Assembly (NCBI GenBank): GCA_045657245.1
Contig: JAZOSQ010000058.1
Span: 1-60,523, forward strand
DNA from: Eubacteriales bacterium
Lineage (GTDB): Bacteria; Bacillota; Clostridia; Oscillospirales; CAG-382
Reading direction: 5' to 3'
Length of the DNA: 60,523 bases
The notes beneath the pieces were generated by a model. It was not told the origin of the DNA and did no database searches. It worked only from the letters and a program-made list of their open reading frames with translations. Each line of letters opens with the position of its first letter. The first letter of the stretch is position 1. Positions 1 to 8,912 of this stretch are shown piece after piece. Position numbers and translations under genes: made by a program.

Positions 1-15
1 TCCTTTCAGCTCCTA

Positions 16-291
16 TTATTTATTAGATGTTTTAGAACCAGCGTGGCCCTTGAAGGTTCTGGTGGGAGCAAACTCGCCGAGCTTGTGACCAACCATATCT
101 TCTACTACATATACCGGAACGTGCTGTCTTCCGTTGTGTACTGCGATCGTGTGACCGACAAATTCAGGGAAGATTGTGGAAGAGCGCGACCAGGTCTTGA
201 TAACTCTTTTTTCGCCCTTGTTGTTCATATCGACGATTCTGCTGTAAAGCTTAGCTTCGACGAAAGGGCCTTTTTTGATGCTTCTGCTCAC
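16..291 (-). CDS. rpsS: 30S ribosomal protein S19
   Basis: The 91-aa ORF carries the conserved S19 core (KKGPFV...[17 protein letters not shown]...[13 protein letters not shown]). It follows rplB in canonical S10-operon order. A GGAG-type RBS for the next gene runs off the left edge. Confidence 0.97.
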   Translation of the reverse strand: MSRSIKKGPFVEAKLYSRIVDMNNKGEKRVIKTWSRSSTIFPEFVGHTIAVHNGRQHVPVYVVEDMVGHKLGEFAPTRTFKGHAGSKTSNK

Positions 292-305
292 AATTATTTC
301 CTCCT

Positions 306-1139
306 TTATCTGTCATTTCTTCTCTTGACTATAAATTTATTGGTACGAGCCTTCTTGTTTCTCGTCTTATAGCCGAGAGCAGGTTTACCCCAAGGGGTAA
401 CAGGGCCGGGACGACCGATAGGCGAACGTCCTTCACCACCACCGTGAGGGTGATCGCAGGGGTTCATTACCGAACCACGAACGGTAGGACGAATACCGAG
501 GTGTCTGGTCTTACCAGCCTTACCGAGCTTAACGTTTTCGTGTTCGAGGTTGCCAACCTGACCGATTGTAGCTTTACAATCGAGGCGGACAAGACGAACT
601 TCGCCGGAAGGAAGTCTTACCTGTGCCATTCCGTTTTCTTTAGCCATAAGCTGTGCAGCTGCACCAGCGGAACGAACCATCTGTGCGCCACGGCCGGGAT
701 AAAGTTCAATGGAGTGGATTATTGTACCAACAGGAATCGAGCTGATGGGGAGAACGTTACCGGGTTTGATGTCGGCATTTTCTCCGGAGTAGAGGAGAGT
801 ACCTACTTTAACTCCGTCAGGAGCGATAGCGTAGCTCTTCTTACCGTTTTCATCTTCGAGAAGCATGATATAAGCGGTACGGTTAGGATCGTATTCAATA
901 CCGATAACCTTGTTTGCACCTTCGCTATATGCACGCTTGAAGTCGATGATTCTGTACTTCTTTTTATTGCCGCCGCCGTGATGACGAACGGTGATTCTAC
1001 CCGTATTGTTTCTACCCGAGTTCTTCTTAAGGATAGTGATAAGAGATTTTTCGGGAGTCTTCTTCGTGATCTCCGCAAAGGAGGGAGAAGCCATGTTTCT
1101 GCGGGAGGGAGTAGTCGGTTTATATGTTTTAACAGCCAT
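306..1139 (-). CDS. rplB: 50S ribosomal protein L2
   Basis: The 277-aa ORF has L2 hallmarks ([29 protein letters not shown]) and sits in operon order between rplW and rpsS. Confidence 0.98.
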   Translation of the reverse strand: MAVKTYKPTTPSRRNMASPSFAEITKKTPEKSLITILKKNSGRNNTGRITVRHHGGGNKKKYRIIDFKRAYSEGANKVIGIEYDPNRTAYIMLLEDENGKKSYAIAPDGVKVGTLLYSGENADIKPGNVLPISSIPVGTIIHSIELYPGRGAQMVRSAGAAAQLMAKENGMAQVRLPSGEVRLVRLDCKATIGQVGNLEHENVKLGKAGKTRHLGIRPTVRGSVMNPCDHPHGGGEGRSPIGRPGPVTPWGKPALGYKTRNKKARTNKFIVKRRNDR

Positions 1140-1156
1140 TTCTACTTTCTCCTTTC

Positions 1157-1450
1157 TTACATAAGGCTATCGAAGAATTCGATTGTCTTGGAATCAGCAG
1201 TAAGCTTAACGATTGCTTTCTTCCATTCGGAAGTCTTGCCAACGTGGTAGCCAACACGCTTTGTCTTTCTCTTCATTGTGATGGTAGTAACTTTTTCAAC
1301 TTCTACCTTGAAGATTTCTTCAACCGCATTCTTGATTTCAACCTTGTTTGCATTCGCCGGAACCTTGAAGGTGTATTTCTTATCCTGCATGTTCTTGATA
1401 GAAGCTTCGGTGATTACAGGTTCTCTGATGATGTCGTAAACCGATTTCAT
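1157..1450 (-). CDS. rplW: 50S ribosomal protein L23
   Basis: The 97-aa ORF has an L23-like sequence ([11 protein letters not shown]...YTFKV...[11 protein letters not shown]). Its position between rplD and rplB fits, and its start overlaps the rplD stop by 1 nt. Confidence 0.95.
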   Translation of the reverse strand: MKSVYDIIREPVITEASIKNMQDKKYTFKVPANANKVEIKNAVEEIFKVEVEKVTTITMKRKTKRVGYHVGKTSEWKKAIVKLTADSKTIEFFDSLM

Positions 1451-2073
1451 TATGCATATACCTCCTCAAGTTTTGCAAGAGCATCCTTAGCGATGACCAT
1501 TTTGTCATATTTAAGAATGTCATATACGTTAATTGTGTTAACAGGTGCTGTGATAACACCGGGGATGTTTGCTGCAGAACCTACTACATATTCGTTTACA
1601 TCGAGTGTAACGATCATAGCTTTGCCATCAACGTTGATTGCGTTGAGGAAGTTAACCATGTTCTTTGTCTTGTAGCTATCGAGTGCGATATTGTCAACGA
1701 CAATCAATTCATTCGCAGCTACTTTAGAGGTAAGAGCAGAGAACAAAGCAACTCTCTTGAGCTTCTTGTTGATGCTTACGCGATAAGTTCTGGGCTTGGG
1801 TCCAAGCGCGATACCGCCGTGTACCCACTGAGGAGAACGAGTAGAGCCCTGTCTTGCTCTGCCTGTTCCCTTCTGACGCCAAGGTTTTCTACCGCCACCG
1901 GAAACTTCGCTTCTGGTGAGAGTGGACTGTGTGCCCTGACGCTGATTGAGCAAATATGCTCTAACAACGGAATGGACTGCTGCATTGTTGATTTCAGCAG
2001 AAAAGATTTTATGGGAAAGAGCGACTTCGCCGCAAACCTTTCCTTCCATGTTGTATACGTTAACTGTAGGCAT
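1450..2073 (-). CDS. rplD: 50S ribosomal protein L4
   Basis: The 207-aa ORF has an L4 motif region ([20 protein letters not shown]) and the expected operon position. Confidence 0.96.
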   Translation of the reverse strand: MPTVNVYNMEGKVCGEVALSHKIFSAEINNAAVHSVVRAYLLNQRQGTQSTLTRSEVSGGGRKPWRQKGTGRARQGSTRSPQWVHGGIALGPKPRTYRVSINKKLKRVALFSALTSKVAANELIVVDNIALDSYKTKNMVNFLNAINVDGKAMIVTLDVNEYVVGSAANIPGVITAPVNTINVYDILKYDKMVIAKDALAKLEEVYA

Positions 2074-2093
2074 AGTTCTTTTCCTCCTTCCGC

Positions 2094-2720
2094 TTATTTC
2101 ACAGTGCTGCGGAGGTAAACGATACCGCCTTTTGCACCGGGAACCGCACCCTTAACAGCGATAAGGTTGTTATCGGGGTCGATTTTGATAATCTCGAGGT
2201 TGAGCATGGTAACCTGTTCGTTACCGTATTGACCAGCCATCTTCTTGTTCTTGAAGATGTGTGCAGGGTCAATAACACCCATAGAACCAGACTGACGGTG
2301 TACAGGACCTGTACCGTGAGTCATTCTGAGTCTGTGAAGACCCCATCTCTTGATTGCGCCGGAGAAGCCGTGACCTTTGGTAACACCGGTGATGTCGACC
2401 TTTTCGCCAACTTCGAAGGTGTCCGCGGTGATGACGTCGCCAACGTTCATAGAAGCGGAATCGTCAAGACGGAATTCTTTAAGATACTTCTTAAAGGAAA
2501 CCTCTGCTTTGGTGAATACACCCTTCTGAGGTTTGTTGAGCTTTCTTTCGGGAATATCCGAGAAGCCAAGCTGAACAGCTTCATAGCCGTTCTTTTCGTT
2601 CGTTCTTTTCTGAACGACAACGCAGGGACCTGCGCTGATGACAGTAACAGGAACAACCTTGCCCTTTTCATCAAAGAGCTGGGTCATACCGAGCTTTCTG
2701 CCGATGATGCCTTTTTTCAT
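2094..2720 (-). CDS. rplC: 50S ribosomal protein L3
   Basis: The 208-aa ORF has an L3 N-terminus ([17 protein letters not shown]) and the KGHGFSG motif, in the expected operon position. Confidence 0.97.
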   Translation of the reverse strand: MKKGIIGRKLGMTQLFDEKGKVVPVTVISAGPCVVVQKRTNEKNGYEAVQLGFSDIPERKLNKPQKGVFTKAEVSFKKYLKEFRLDDSASMNVGDVITADTFEVGEKVDITGVTKGHGFSGAIKRWGLHRLRMTHGTGPVHRQSGSMGVIDPAHIFKNKKMAGQYGNEQVTMLNLEIIKIDPDNNLIAVKGAVPGAKGGIVYLRSTVK

Positions 2721-2789
2721 TTGTTATCCTCCTCAGGTTATTGGTTGACAAGCCATACGCCCATCAACGTGACCTTTATTTGATACGGT

Positions 2790-3101
2790 TTAGAGTTCGA
2801 CGTTGAAGTCAACGCCAGCGGGGAGATCGGTGCTCATGAGCGCTTCAACACATGCCTTGGAAGGTCTGATGATGTCGATAAGACGCTTGTGAGTACGATA
2901 CTCGAACTGTTCACGGCTGTCCTTGTACTTATGAACTGCACGAAGGATGGTGATGATTTCTTTGTCGGTAGGAAGCGGAATAGGACCGGAAACGGTAGCG
3001 CCGTTGCGCTTAGCAGTTTCAACGATCTTTTCTGCTGCTTTGTCTATAAGAGTGTGATCGTAGCTCTTAAGACGGATTCTGATTTTGTCTTTCTTTGCCA
3101 T
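2790..3101 (-). CDS. rpsJ: 30S ribosomal protein S10
   Basis: S10 sequence ([15 protein letters not shown]...). I place the start at the ATG at 3101, 7 nt downstream of GGAGGC. The ORF-track start at 3176 would add 25 non-S10 residues with no RBS. Confidence 0.95.
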   Translation of the reverse strand: MAKKDKIRIRLKSYDHTLIDKAAEKIVETAKRNGATVSGPIPLPTDKEIITILRAVHKYKDSREQFEYRTHKRLIDIIRPSKACVEALMSTDLPAGVDFNVEL

Positions 3102-3317
3102 GGGGTTTGCCTCCAAATATAATAATGTAGTGATTTGACGGCAGAGCCACGAACACTGCGCCGGGCGTTTCGTCAAACACCCTTAAAAAATGCTCGTAAG
3201 CCTGCGCCCGATTGTCGGACATACTCTGTCATAGTTACCTGCGCTTATCGCAGCAATCTACAACTTCATCGCACACCAAGCGAAATCGATTGTATCATAT
3301 ATATGAAAATAACGCAA
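3102..3317 (-). promoter_or_regulatory. Candidate rpsJ promoter plus a structured leader of about 180 nt
   Basis: On the minus strand I read TTGCGT (3317..3312), a 17-nt spacer, then TGaTACAAT (3297..3289). The leader is GC-richer than its surroundings and contains hairpins (CTGCG-ATAA-GCGCAG; TTTGACG...CGTCAAA). Confidence 0.35.
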
Positions 3318-3399
3318 TAGGTTTGGTTAAAATTACCCTATAAAATATTGTAAACAATTTGTGAACAAAAAAGAATGGAAAATTTCTTTCAAAAAGGGA

Positions 3400-3427
3400 T
3401 TTACAAAAGAAAATTTTTAAGTATAAT
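3400..3427 (+). promoter_or_regulatory. Candidate sigma-A promoter of the TSCPD gene
   Basis: TTTACA (3400..3405), a 16-nt spacer, then TATAAT (3422..3427), about 45 nt upstream of the start codon. Confidence 0.4.
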
Positions 3428-3471
3428 ATTTTACAAGAAAACCCTTATATAATATAAAGGAAGGAATTTTC

Positions 3472-3726
3472 ATGAAAATCAACAGAAGAAACTCCGGTGT
3501 TTGCAGCAGAAGCGTCAGTTTCGACATTGCCGAAGACGGCACCGTTTCGGAAATTATTTTTGAAGGTGGTTGCAACGGCAACCTCAAAGGCATCGCCGCA
3601 CTTTGTGAAGGCAGAAAAGCCGACGACATTATTAACAGATGCAAGGGCATTACTTGTGGATTCAAGTCCACCTCCTGCCCCGATCAGCTCGCAGTTGCGC
3701 TTGAAGAAGCACTTCAAAACAAATAA
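3472..3726 (+). CDS. Small TSCPD-domain protein (TIGR03905-like, function unknown)
   Basis: The 84-aa ORF follows an AAGGAAGG RBS. It contains the literal TSCPD motif (FKSTSCPDQLA) and the upstream Cys pattern (GGCNGN) I associate with stand-alone TSCPD proteins. Confidence 0.85.
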   Translation: MKINRRNSGVCSRSVSFDIAEDGTVSEIIFEGGCNGNLKGIAALCEGRKADDIINRCKGITCGFKSTSCPDQLAVALEEALQNK

Positions 3727-3761
3727 AATTTTAGGAAATATTTGCAAAGGGGATCACATTT

Positions 3762-5483
3762 ATGATTAAAGAATTCGAAAGATGGCTTAATAACGAAAAC
3801 CTTGACGAAAACTCCAAAAAACGTCTTTTGGAAATCAAAGGCGACGAAACCGCTATTGCGGAACGTTTTGCAATACCCATGAGCTTCGGTACCGCAGGTC
3901 TCAGAAGCACTATGGACGTTGGTATTTCCAAGATGAACGTTTATACCGTCGCACAGACAACACAGGGTCTTGCAGAGCTTATTATCTCCGCTAACGGTCA
4001 GGAAAGAGGCGTTGCCATCTCTTATGACAGCAGAATCGATTCCGACACGTTCGCAAAGACCGCAGCGGAAGTTCTTACCGCAAACGGAATCAAGGTTTAT
4101 CTTTTCGACGGCATTCGTCCTACTCCCGAACTTTCTTTTGCGATCCTTCACTACGGTTGTATCGCAGGTATCAACGTTACCGCTTCGCACAACCCGAAGG
4201 AATACAACGGTTACAAGGTTTATTGGGAAGACGGTGCACAGTTGCCTCCCGAACACGCAGAAATCGTTTCCAAGAAGGCGTCAGAAACAGATATTTTTGA
4301 AGGTGTTAAGAGAATCTGCCTTTGCGAAGCAGAAAAGAACGGTCTTCTCGTTATGATTGGTGAAGAATGTGACGAAGCATTCCTCAAGGCAGTTTTGGAT
4401 TGCCGACTCGACGCAGAAAACACCGCAAAATACGGCAACGAAATGAATCTCGCATATTCCGCACTTCACGGAACCGGCTATAAGCTCGTACCCGAGGCAT
4501 TGAAGCGTTGCGGTATCGACAAGCTTATTACTATCGACAGCCAGATGATTCCCGACGGTAACTTCCCCACCGTTGCATCTCCCAACCCTGAAAACCGCGA
4601 ATGCTTCGAAGAAGCAATCAAAAAGCTTGAAGCTGACGGCATTGATTGCGGTGCTATTATCGCCACCGACCCAGATGCAGACAGAATCGGTCTTGCAATC
4701 AAAGACGACAAAGGCGAATTCTTTGCACTCTCCGGTAACCAGATTGGTGCACTTCTCATCGACCACATAATAAAAATCAGAAAGAAGAACGGAAACCTTC
4801 CCGAAAACGCTTGTGCAATCAAATCGGTTGTTTCCTCGAACCTTTTCGATGCTATTTGTGAAAAGCACGGTGTAAGACACATCAACGTTCTTACCGGATT
4901 CAAATACATCGGCGAAAAGATCAAGGAATGGACCGCTGACGGAAGCAACACCTTTATTTTCGGTTACGAAGAAAGCCAGGGCTATCTCTCGGCAGGTTAT
5001 GCAAGAGATAAAGACGCGGTCGGCGCAAGTGTGCTCGTTGCAGAAATGGTTTGCCGTCACTATGCCGAAGGCAGAAGCGTATATCAGGCATTGCAGGAAA
5101 TCTATAAGGAATACGGCATTTTCCGCGAAACCGTTTTGAATATCAAGATTTCGGGCATCGATCCTATGGGTCTTATGGGCGAAACGATGGCAGAAATCAG
5201 AAATCAGTCTATTGATACTATTGGTGGTATGAAGGTTGTCGCGCAGCGTGATTACCTCACGGGTGTCATCAAGAAGGCAGACGGAAGTGAAGAACCCACA
5301 GGTCTTCCCAAGAGTAATATGCTTTATTACGATCTCGAAGGTGGTTCGGCTGTTATCATCCGTCCTTCCGGCACAGAGCCCAAGATCAAGGCATATATCC
5401 TTATCCGTGCCGAAAGCGAAAACGATGCAACCGTTAAAACCGACGCTTGTGTTGCTGATTGCAAAAAACTTTTGGAAAAATAA
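3762..5483 (+). CDS. Phosphoglucomutase/phosphomannomutase family (alpha-D-phosphohexomutase)
   Basis: The 573-aa ORF has the active-site Ser loop TASHNPKEYNGYK and the metal loop ATDPDADRIG. Its size and N-terminus resemble Firmicute PgcA-type enzymes. Confidence 0.9.
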   Translation: MIKEFERWLNNENLDENSKKRLLEIKGDETAIAERFAIPMSFGTAGLRSTMDVGISKMNVYTVAQTTQGLAELIISANGQERGVAISYDSRIDSDTFAKTAAEVLTANGIKVYLFDGIRPTPELSFAILHYGCIAGINVTASHNPKEYNGYKVYWEDGAQLPPEHAEIVSKKASETDIFEGVKRICLCEAEKNGLLVMIGEECDEAFLKAVLDCRLDAENTAKYGNEMNLAYSALHGTGYKLVPEALKRCGIDKLITIDSQMIPDGNFPTVASPNPENRECFEEAIKKLEADGIDCGAIIATDPDADRIGLAIKDDKGEFFALSGNQIGALLIDHIIKIRKKNGNLPENACAIKSVVSSNLFDAICEKHGVRHINVLTGFKYIGEKIKEWTADGSNTFIFGYEESQGYLSAGYARDKDAVGASVLVAEMVCRHYAEGRSVYQALQEIYKEYGIFRETVLNIKISGIDPMGLMGETMAEIRNQSIDTIGGMKVVAQRDYLTGVIKKADGSEEPTGLPKSNMLYYDLEGGSAVIIRPSGTEPKIKAYILIRAESENDATVKTDACVADCKKLLEK

Positions 5484-5490
5484 TTATAAA

Positions 5491-5521
5491 ACGCAGGTTC
5501 TGTTTCGAACCTGCGTTTTTA
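5491..5521 (+). terminator. Rho-independent terminator
   Basis: A 10-bp perfect stem (ACGCAGGTTC / GAACCTGCGT) with a 6-nt loop is followed by a T-run. Confidence 0.85.
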
Positions 5522-5597
5522 TTACGGCAAAAATCAATATTCGCCAACATTCTTTAATTTATTTACAAATAGATAAAAAATCAGCTCTTTATTATTG

Positions 5598-5626
5598 TTG
5601 ACAAATGAAGTATAAAACTATATTAT
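5598..5626 (+). promoter_or_regulatory. Candidate sigma-A promoter of the ABC transporter gene
   Basis: TTGACA (5598..5603), a 17-nt spacer, then TATTAT (5621..5626). Confidence 0.5.
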
Positions 5627-5666
5627 AATGTAGAATAATCAAGTTAGCTCAACAAGGAGAATATTG

Positions 5667-8600
5667 ATGCTTGAACTTCGAGGTATAAAAAAATCGTACG
5701 AGATCGGTGATATGGTCACCCAAGCGTTGAAGGGCATTTCCGTCAATTTCAGAAAAAGCGAATTTGTCGCAATACTCGGTCCGTCGGGTTGCGGTAAGAC
5801 AACCTTGCTTAACGTCATCGGCGGTCTTGACAAATATGACGACGGCGACCTTATAATCAACGGCAGATCAACGAAGGAATATAACGATTCCGATTGGGAC
5901 ACATACAGAAACCATTCGATCGGCTTCGTTTTCCAAAACTATAACCTTATCTCCCATCAAACCGTACTTCAAAACGTCGAATTGGCTTTATCGCTTTGTG
6001 GTGTTTCCAAAGCCGAAAGAAAACGCCGTGCAAAAAAGGCGTTGGAAGACGTTGGGTTGGCAGACCATATCTATAAGAAGCCCGCAGAAATGTCGGGCGG
6101 ACAGATGCAAAGAGTTGCTATCGCAAGAGCTTTGGTGAACAACCCTGATATTATTCTTGCCGACGAGCCGACGGGTGCGCTCGACTCCGAAACGAGTTTG
6201 CAGGTCATGGATATCCTCAAAGACGTTTCGAAAGACCGACTCGTTATTATGGTTACACACAACCCCGAACTCGCGGAAAAATACGCAACACGAACCGTCA
6301 GAATGCTTGACGGCGAGATTAAAAGTGACGATGACCCATTCGAAACGATTCCCGTTGTCGAAGAAAAGATCGGTTCGAAGAAAAAGAAGGATAAATCGCT
6401 CAAAAAACCTTCGATGTCGTTTGCAACCTCTTTCGGACTTTCTCTCAAGAACCTTTTCACAAAGAAAGGCAGAACGACACTTACCGCTTTTGCGGGTTCT
6501 ATCGGCATCATCGGTATTGCTTTGATTTTTGCCGTTTCGAACGGTATGACTTCCTATATCAATGCAGTACAGGAAGAAACGCTCACCGCATATCCGCTCA
6601 CTTTGGAAGCAAAGACGATGGATATGACATCGCTTATGGAAAGCTTTATGAATGTAGGAAGCAACCATAATCACGAAAACGACGCAATTTATAAAGACCC
6701 GATCATTGCTGATCTTGTAAACGCATTGAGCACGCTCGAAGCCACAGAAAACGACCTTAAGGCATTCAAAGAATATCTCGATGCCGAATTAAAGAAAGAA
6801 GGTTCTGCTTTTAACAGCGCAATAAGCGGTGTTCAATATTCATACAACCTCGATCTTTCGGTTTATACAAAAAATCCCGAAGGCGAAATCATCAAGTCCG
6901 ACACAAACGAGCTTATGATGGAAATGTTCGGAGATTTTATGATGCAGATTTCTTCCGGCAATTCTGACGAGGAATCAAATACCGGTCCGTCGATGAACAT
7001 GATGCAATCTCCGATGATGTCCATGAGCAACGCCAATATGTGGCAAGAGCTTCTTCCCGAACTCGACGGAAGTCCGGTCAACAAAGTTATGAAAGAACAA
7101 TATGAAGTTCTCGAAGGCGGACGTTGGCCCGAAAGCAAGAATGAAATTGTTCTCGTCGTCAACAAAAACAACGAGCTTGACGATTTGACGCTATACGCAC
7201 TCGGTTTATTGAACAAGAGTCATATCGATTCTATAATCGATGCTGCAGCAACAGGTAATGCTCTCCCTGACGGAAACGAAAAGTGGTCTTATGACGAAAT
7301 TCACGGCATGACCTTCAAGACCATTCTCCCTTATGATTGTTACAAAGAGTTTAATGGTGTTTTCGTTGACGTAACCGACAACGAAAGTATGCTCCAAATG
7401 CTCTATGAAAACGCTTTGGAATTGAAGGTTGTTGGCATTATTCGTCCGAAAGAAGACACCGAAGCCTCTGCTTTCACAGGGAAAATCGGTTATACTCACG
7501 AACTCACTGAATATATTATCGAACAGGCGAAGAACTCCCCCGTCGTCAAAGCACAGCTTACTGACACTTCGACCGACATACTCTCGGGACTCCCCTTCGA
7601 ATCCAACACAAGCGCATTCACTGATTTCGAAAAGAAAAACGCATTTATCGAATATCTCGGCACGCTTTCTCCTGAAAAGAAAGCCGAAACTTACGTTGCG
7701 ATACAGTGTCTTAACGCGATAAATGAACAAATGGGTCCTCAAGTTGAAATGATTCTCGCTTCTATGCAGGACAAAGAAGCTATTATTGCTCAAGTCAGCG
7801 GTTCTATCTCTGAACAGATGAACGTCGATCCTGAAACGATCATCAAACAGCTTGAAGAAATGGAACTTGATGCGCTCAAAAACATGATAAAACCCTCTAT
7901 AGAAGAATCGATAAAGGCGAAGATAACGGCAGAAGTTACTGCGCAGCTCACTGCTCTCACCAACGAGCAGAAGGTATTGGCTCTCGAAAATGACTTGACG
8001 AGCTATACCGATGAAATTGGTGCTTTGTATTACGATGAAATTACCGAGTTTTCAAGCTCGACATACGAACAGACTCTCGTTAAAATCGGTTCTCTCGACC
8101 TTGCTTCCCCTTCCAGAATCAACCTTTATGCTTCAACATTCGAAAACAAAGACGTTATTGTTGGAGCTATCGACAGTTACAATAATTCCGTTGAAGAAGC
8201 AAAGAAGATTGCATACACCGACTATCTCGGTTTGATGATGTCTTCCATTACGACAATCATAAACGCTATAAGTTATGTATTGATCGCATTCGTTGCTATT
8301 TCGCTTATCGTATCTTCGATCATGATAGGTGTTATCACGCTTATTTCGGTTCAGGAAAGAACAAAAGAAATCGGTATTTTGCGTGCTATCGGTGCTTCGA
8401 AGCGAAACGTTTCGAGTATGTTCAACGCGGAAACAGTAATCATCGGTTTCACCGCAGGTCTGCTTGGTGTTATTATCACCTATCTCCTCTGCATACCGAT
8501 TAATGCTATCATTTACAGTCTTACGGAAATCGCAGGACTTAAGGCACAATTACCGATCGGCATTGCCATAGCACTTATCGGCATCAGCGTTATTCTTACG

Positions 8601-8672
8601 CTCTTCGCAGGTATTATTCCTTCGAGAAGTGCTGCTAAAAAAGACCCCGTGGTCGCCCTTAGAACAGAATAA
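5667..8672 (+). CDS. Fused ABC transporter ATP-binding protein/permease (MacB/FtsX type) with a very large extracytoplasmic domain
   Basis: Walker A (GPSGCGKTT), signature (SGGQMQRVAIARAL) and Walker B (ILADEPTGALD) are present. One TM lies near aa 280 and three C-terminal TMs form an FtsX-like permease. The ATG at 5667 is 7 nt after AAGGAG, and I prefer it to the TTG at 5664. Confidence 0.9.
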   Translation: MLELRGIKKSYEIGDMVTQALKGISVNFRKSEFVAILGPSGCGKTTLLNVIGGLDKYDDGDLIINGRSTKEYNDSDWDTYRNHSIGFVFQNYNLISHQTVLQNVELALSLCGVSKAERKRRAKKALEDVGLADHIYKKPAEMSGGQMQRVAIARALVNNPDIILADEPTGALDSETSLQVMDILKDVSKDRLVIMVTHNPELAEKYATRTVRMLDGEIKSDDDPFETIPVVEEKIGSKKKKDKSLKKPSMSFATSFGLSLKNLFTKKGRTTLTAFAGSIGIIGIALIFAVSNGMTSYINAVQEETLTAYPLTLEAKTMDMTSLMESFMNVGSNHNHENDAIYKDPIIADLVNALSTLEATENDLKAFKEYLDAELKKEGSAFNSAISGVQYSYNLDLSVYTKNPEGEIIKSDTNELMMEMFGDFMMQISSGNSDEESNTGPSMNMMQSPMMSMSNANMWQELLPELDGSPVNKVMKEQYEVLEGGRWPESKNEIVLVVNKNNELDDLTLYALGLLNKSHIDSIIDAAATGNALPDGNEKWSYDEIHGMTFKTILPYDCYKEFNGVFVDVTDNESMLQMLYENALELKVVGIIRPKEDTEASAFTGKIGYTHELTEYIIEQAKNSPVVKAQLTDTSTDILSGLPFESNTSAFTDFEKKNAFIEYLGTLSPEKKAETYVAIQCLNAINEQMGPQVEMILASMQDKEAIIAQVSGSISEQMNVDPETIIKQLEEMELDALKNMIKPSIEESIKAKITAEVTAQLTALTNEQKVLALENDLTSYTDEIGALYYDEITEFSSSTYEQTLVKIGSLDLASPSRINLYASTFENKDVIVGAIDSYNNSVEEAKKIAYTDYLGLMMSSITTIINAISYVLIAFVAISLIVSSIMIGVITLISVQERTKEIGILRAIGASKRNVSSMFNAETVIIGFTAGLLGVIITYLLCIPINAIIYSLTEIAGLKAQLPIGIAIALIGISVILTLFAGIIPSRSAAKKDPVVALRTE

Positions 8673-8690
8673 AATTTATATTTATGAAAA

Positions 8691-8722
8691 ACCTTGTGCT
8701 ATACGTATGCGCAAGGTTTTTT
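8691..8722 (+). terminator. Rho-independent terminator
   Basis: A 9-bp stem (ACCTTGTGC / GCGCAAGGT, one G-U pair) is followed by TTTTTT. Confidence 0.8.
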
Positions 8723-8740
8723 ATTTGTGCAAAATTTTCA

Positions 8741-8769
8741 TTGACAGCGAAAAAGTTTTTTGTTATTAT
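8741..8769 (+). promoter_or_regulatory. Candidate sigma-A promoter of the Na/Pi cotransporter gene
   Basis: TTGACA (8741..8746), a 17-nt spacer, then TATTAT (8764..8769). This leaves a leader of about 135 nt. Confidence 0.6.
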
Positions 8770-8912
8770 GCATATTGAGGGAAATTGCGAAATCGACGAT
8801 ATTTTTGCGATTTTTGACGAAAAATCCCACAGCCGAAGCATTTTTTGCCGGCCGTTACACCCGTATGCCGAAGAAATCAAGGCATCGAGCGAAACGAACA
8901 GGAGAATATCCC

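Noticed and set aside
3102-3176. An N-terminal 25-codon extension of rpsJ in the ORF track (start at 3176).
   Set aside because: The extension has no S10 similarity and no RBS. The internal ATG at 3101 has GGAGGC at ideal spacing and gives a normal-length S10.
8760-8912. The upstream start at 8760 for the Na/Pi cotransporter gene, and a possible riboswitch in its roughly 135-nt leader.
   Set aside because: The 8760 start overlaps the -10 element, and the extra 51 residues are not hydrophobic or signal-like. The leader shows only short hairpins (for example ATGCC-N11-GGCAT), and I recognise no known riboswitch core. It might still be regulatory, but I cannot support that. The findings entry titled 'placeholder' (start 8770, end 12) is void and should be ignored.
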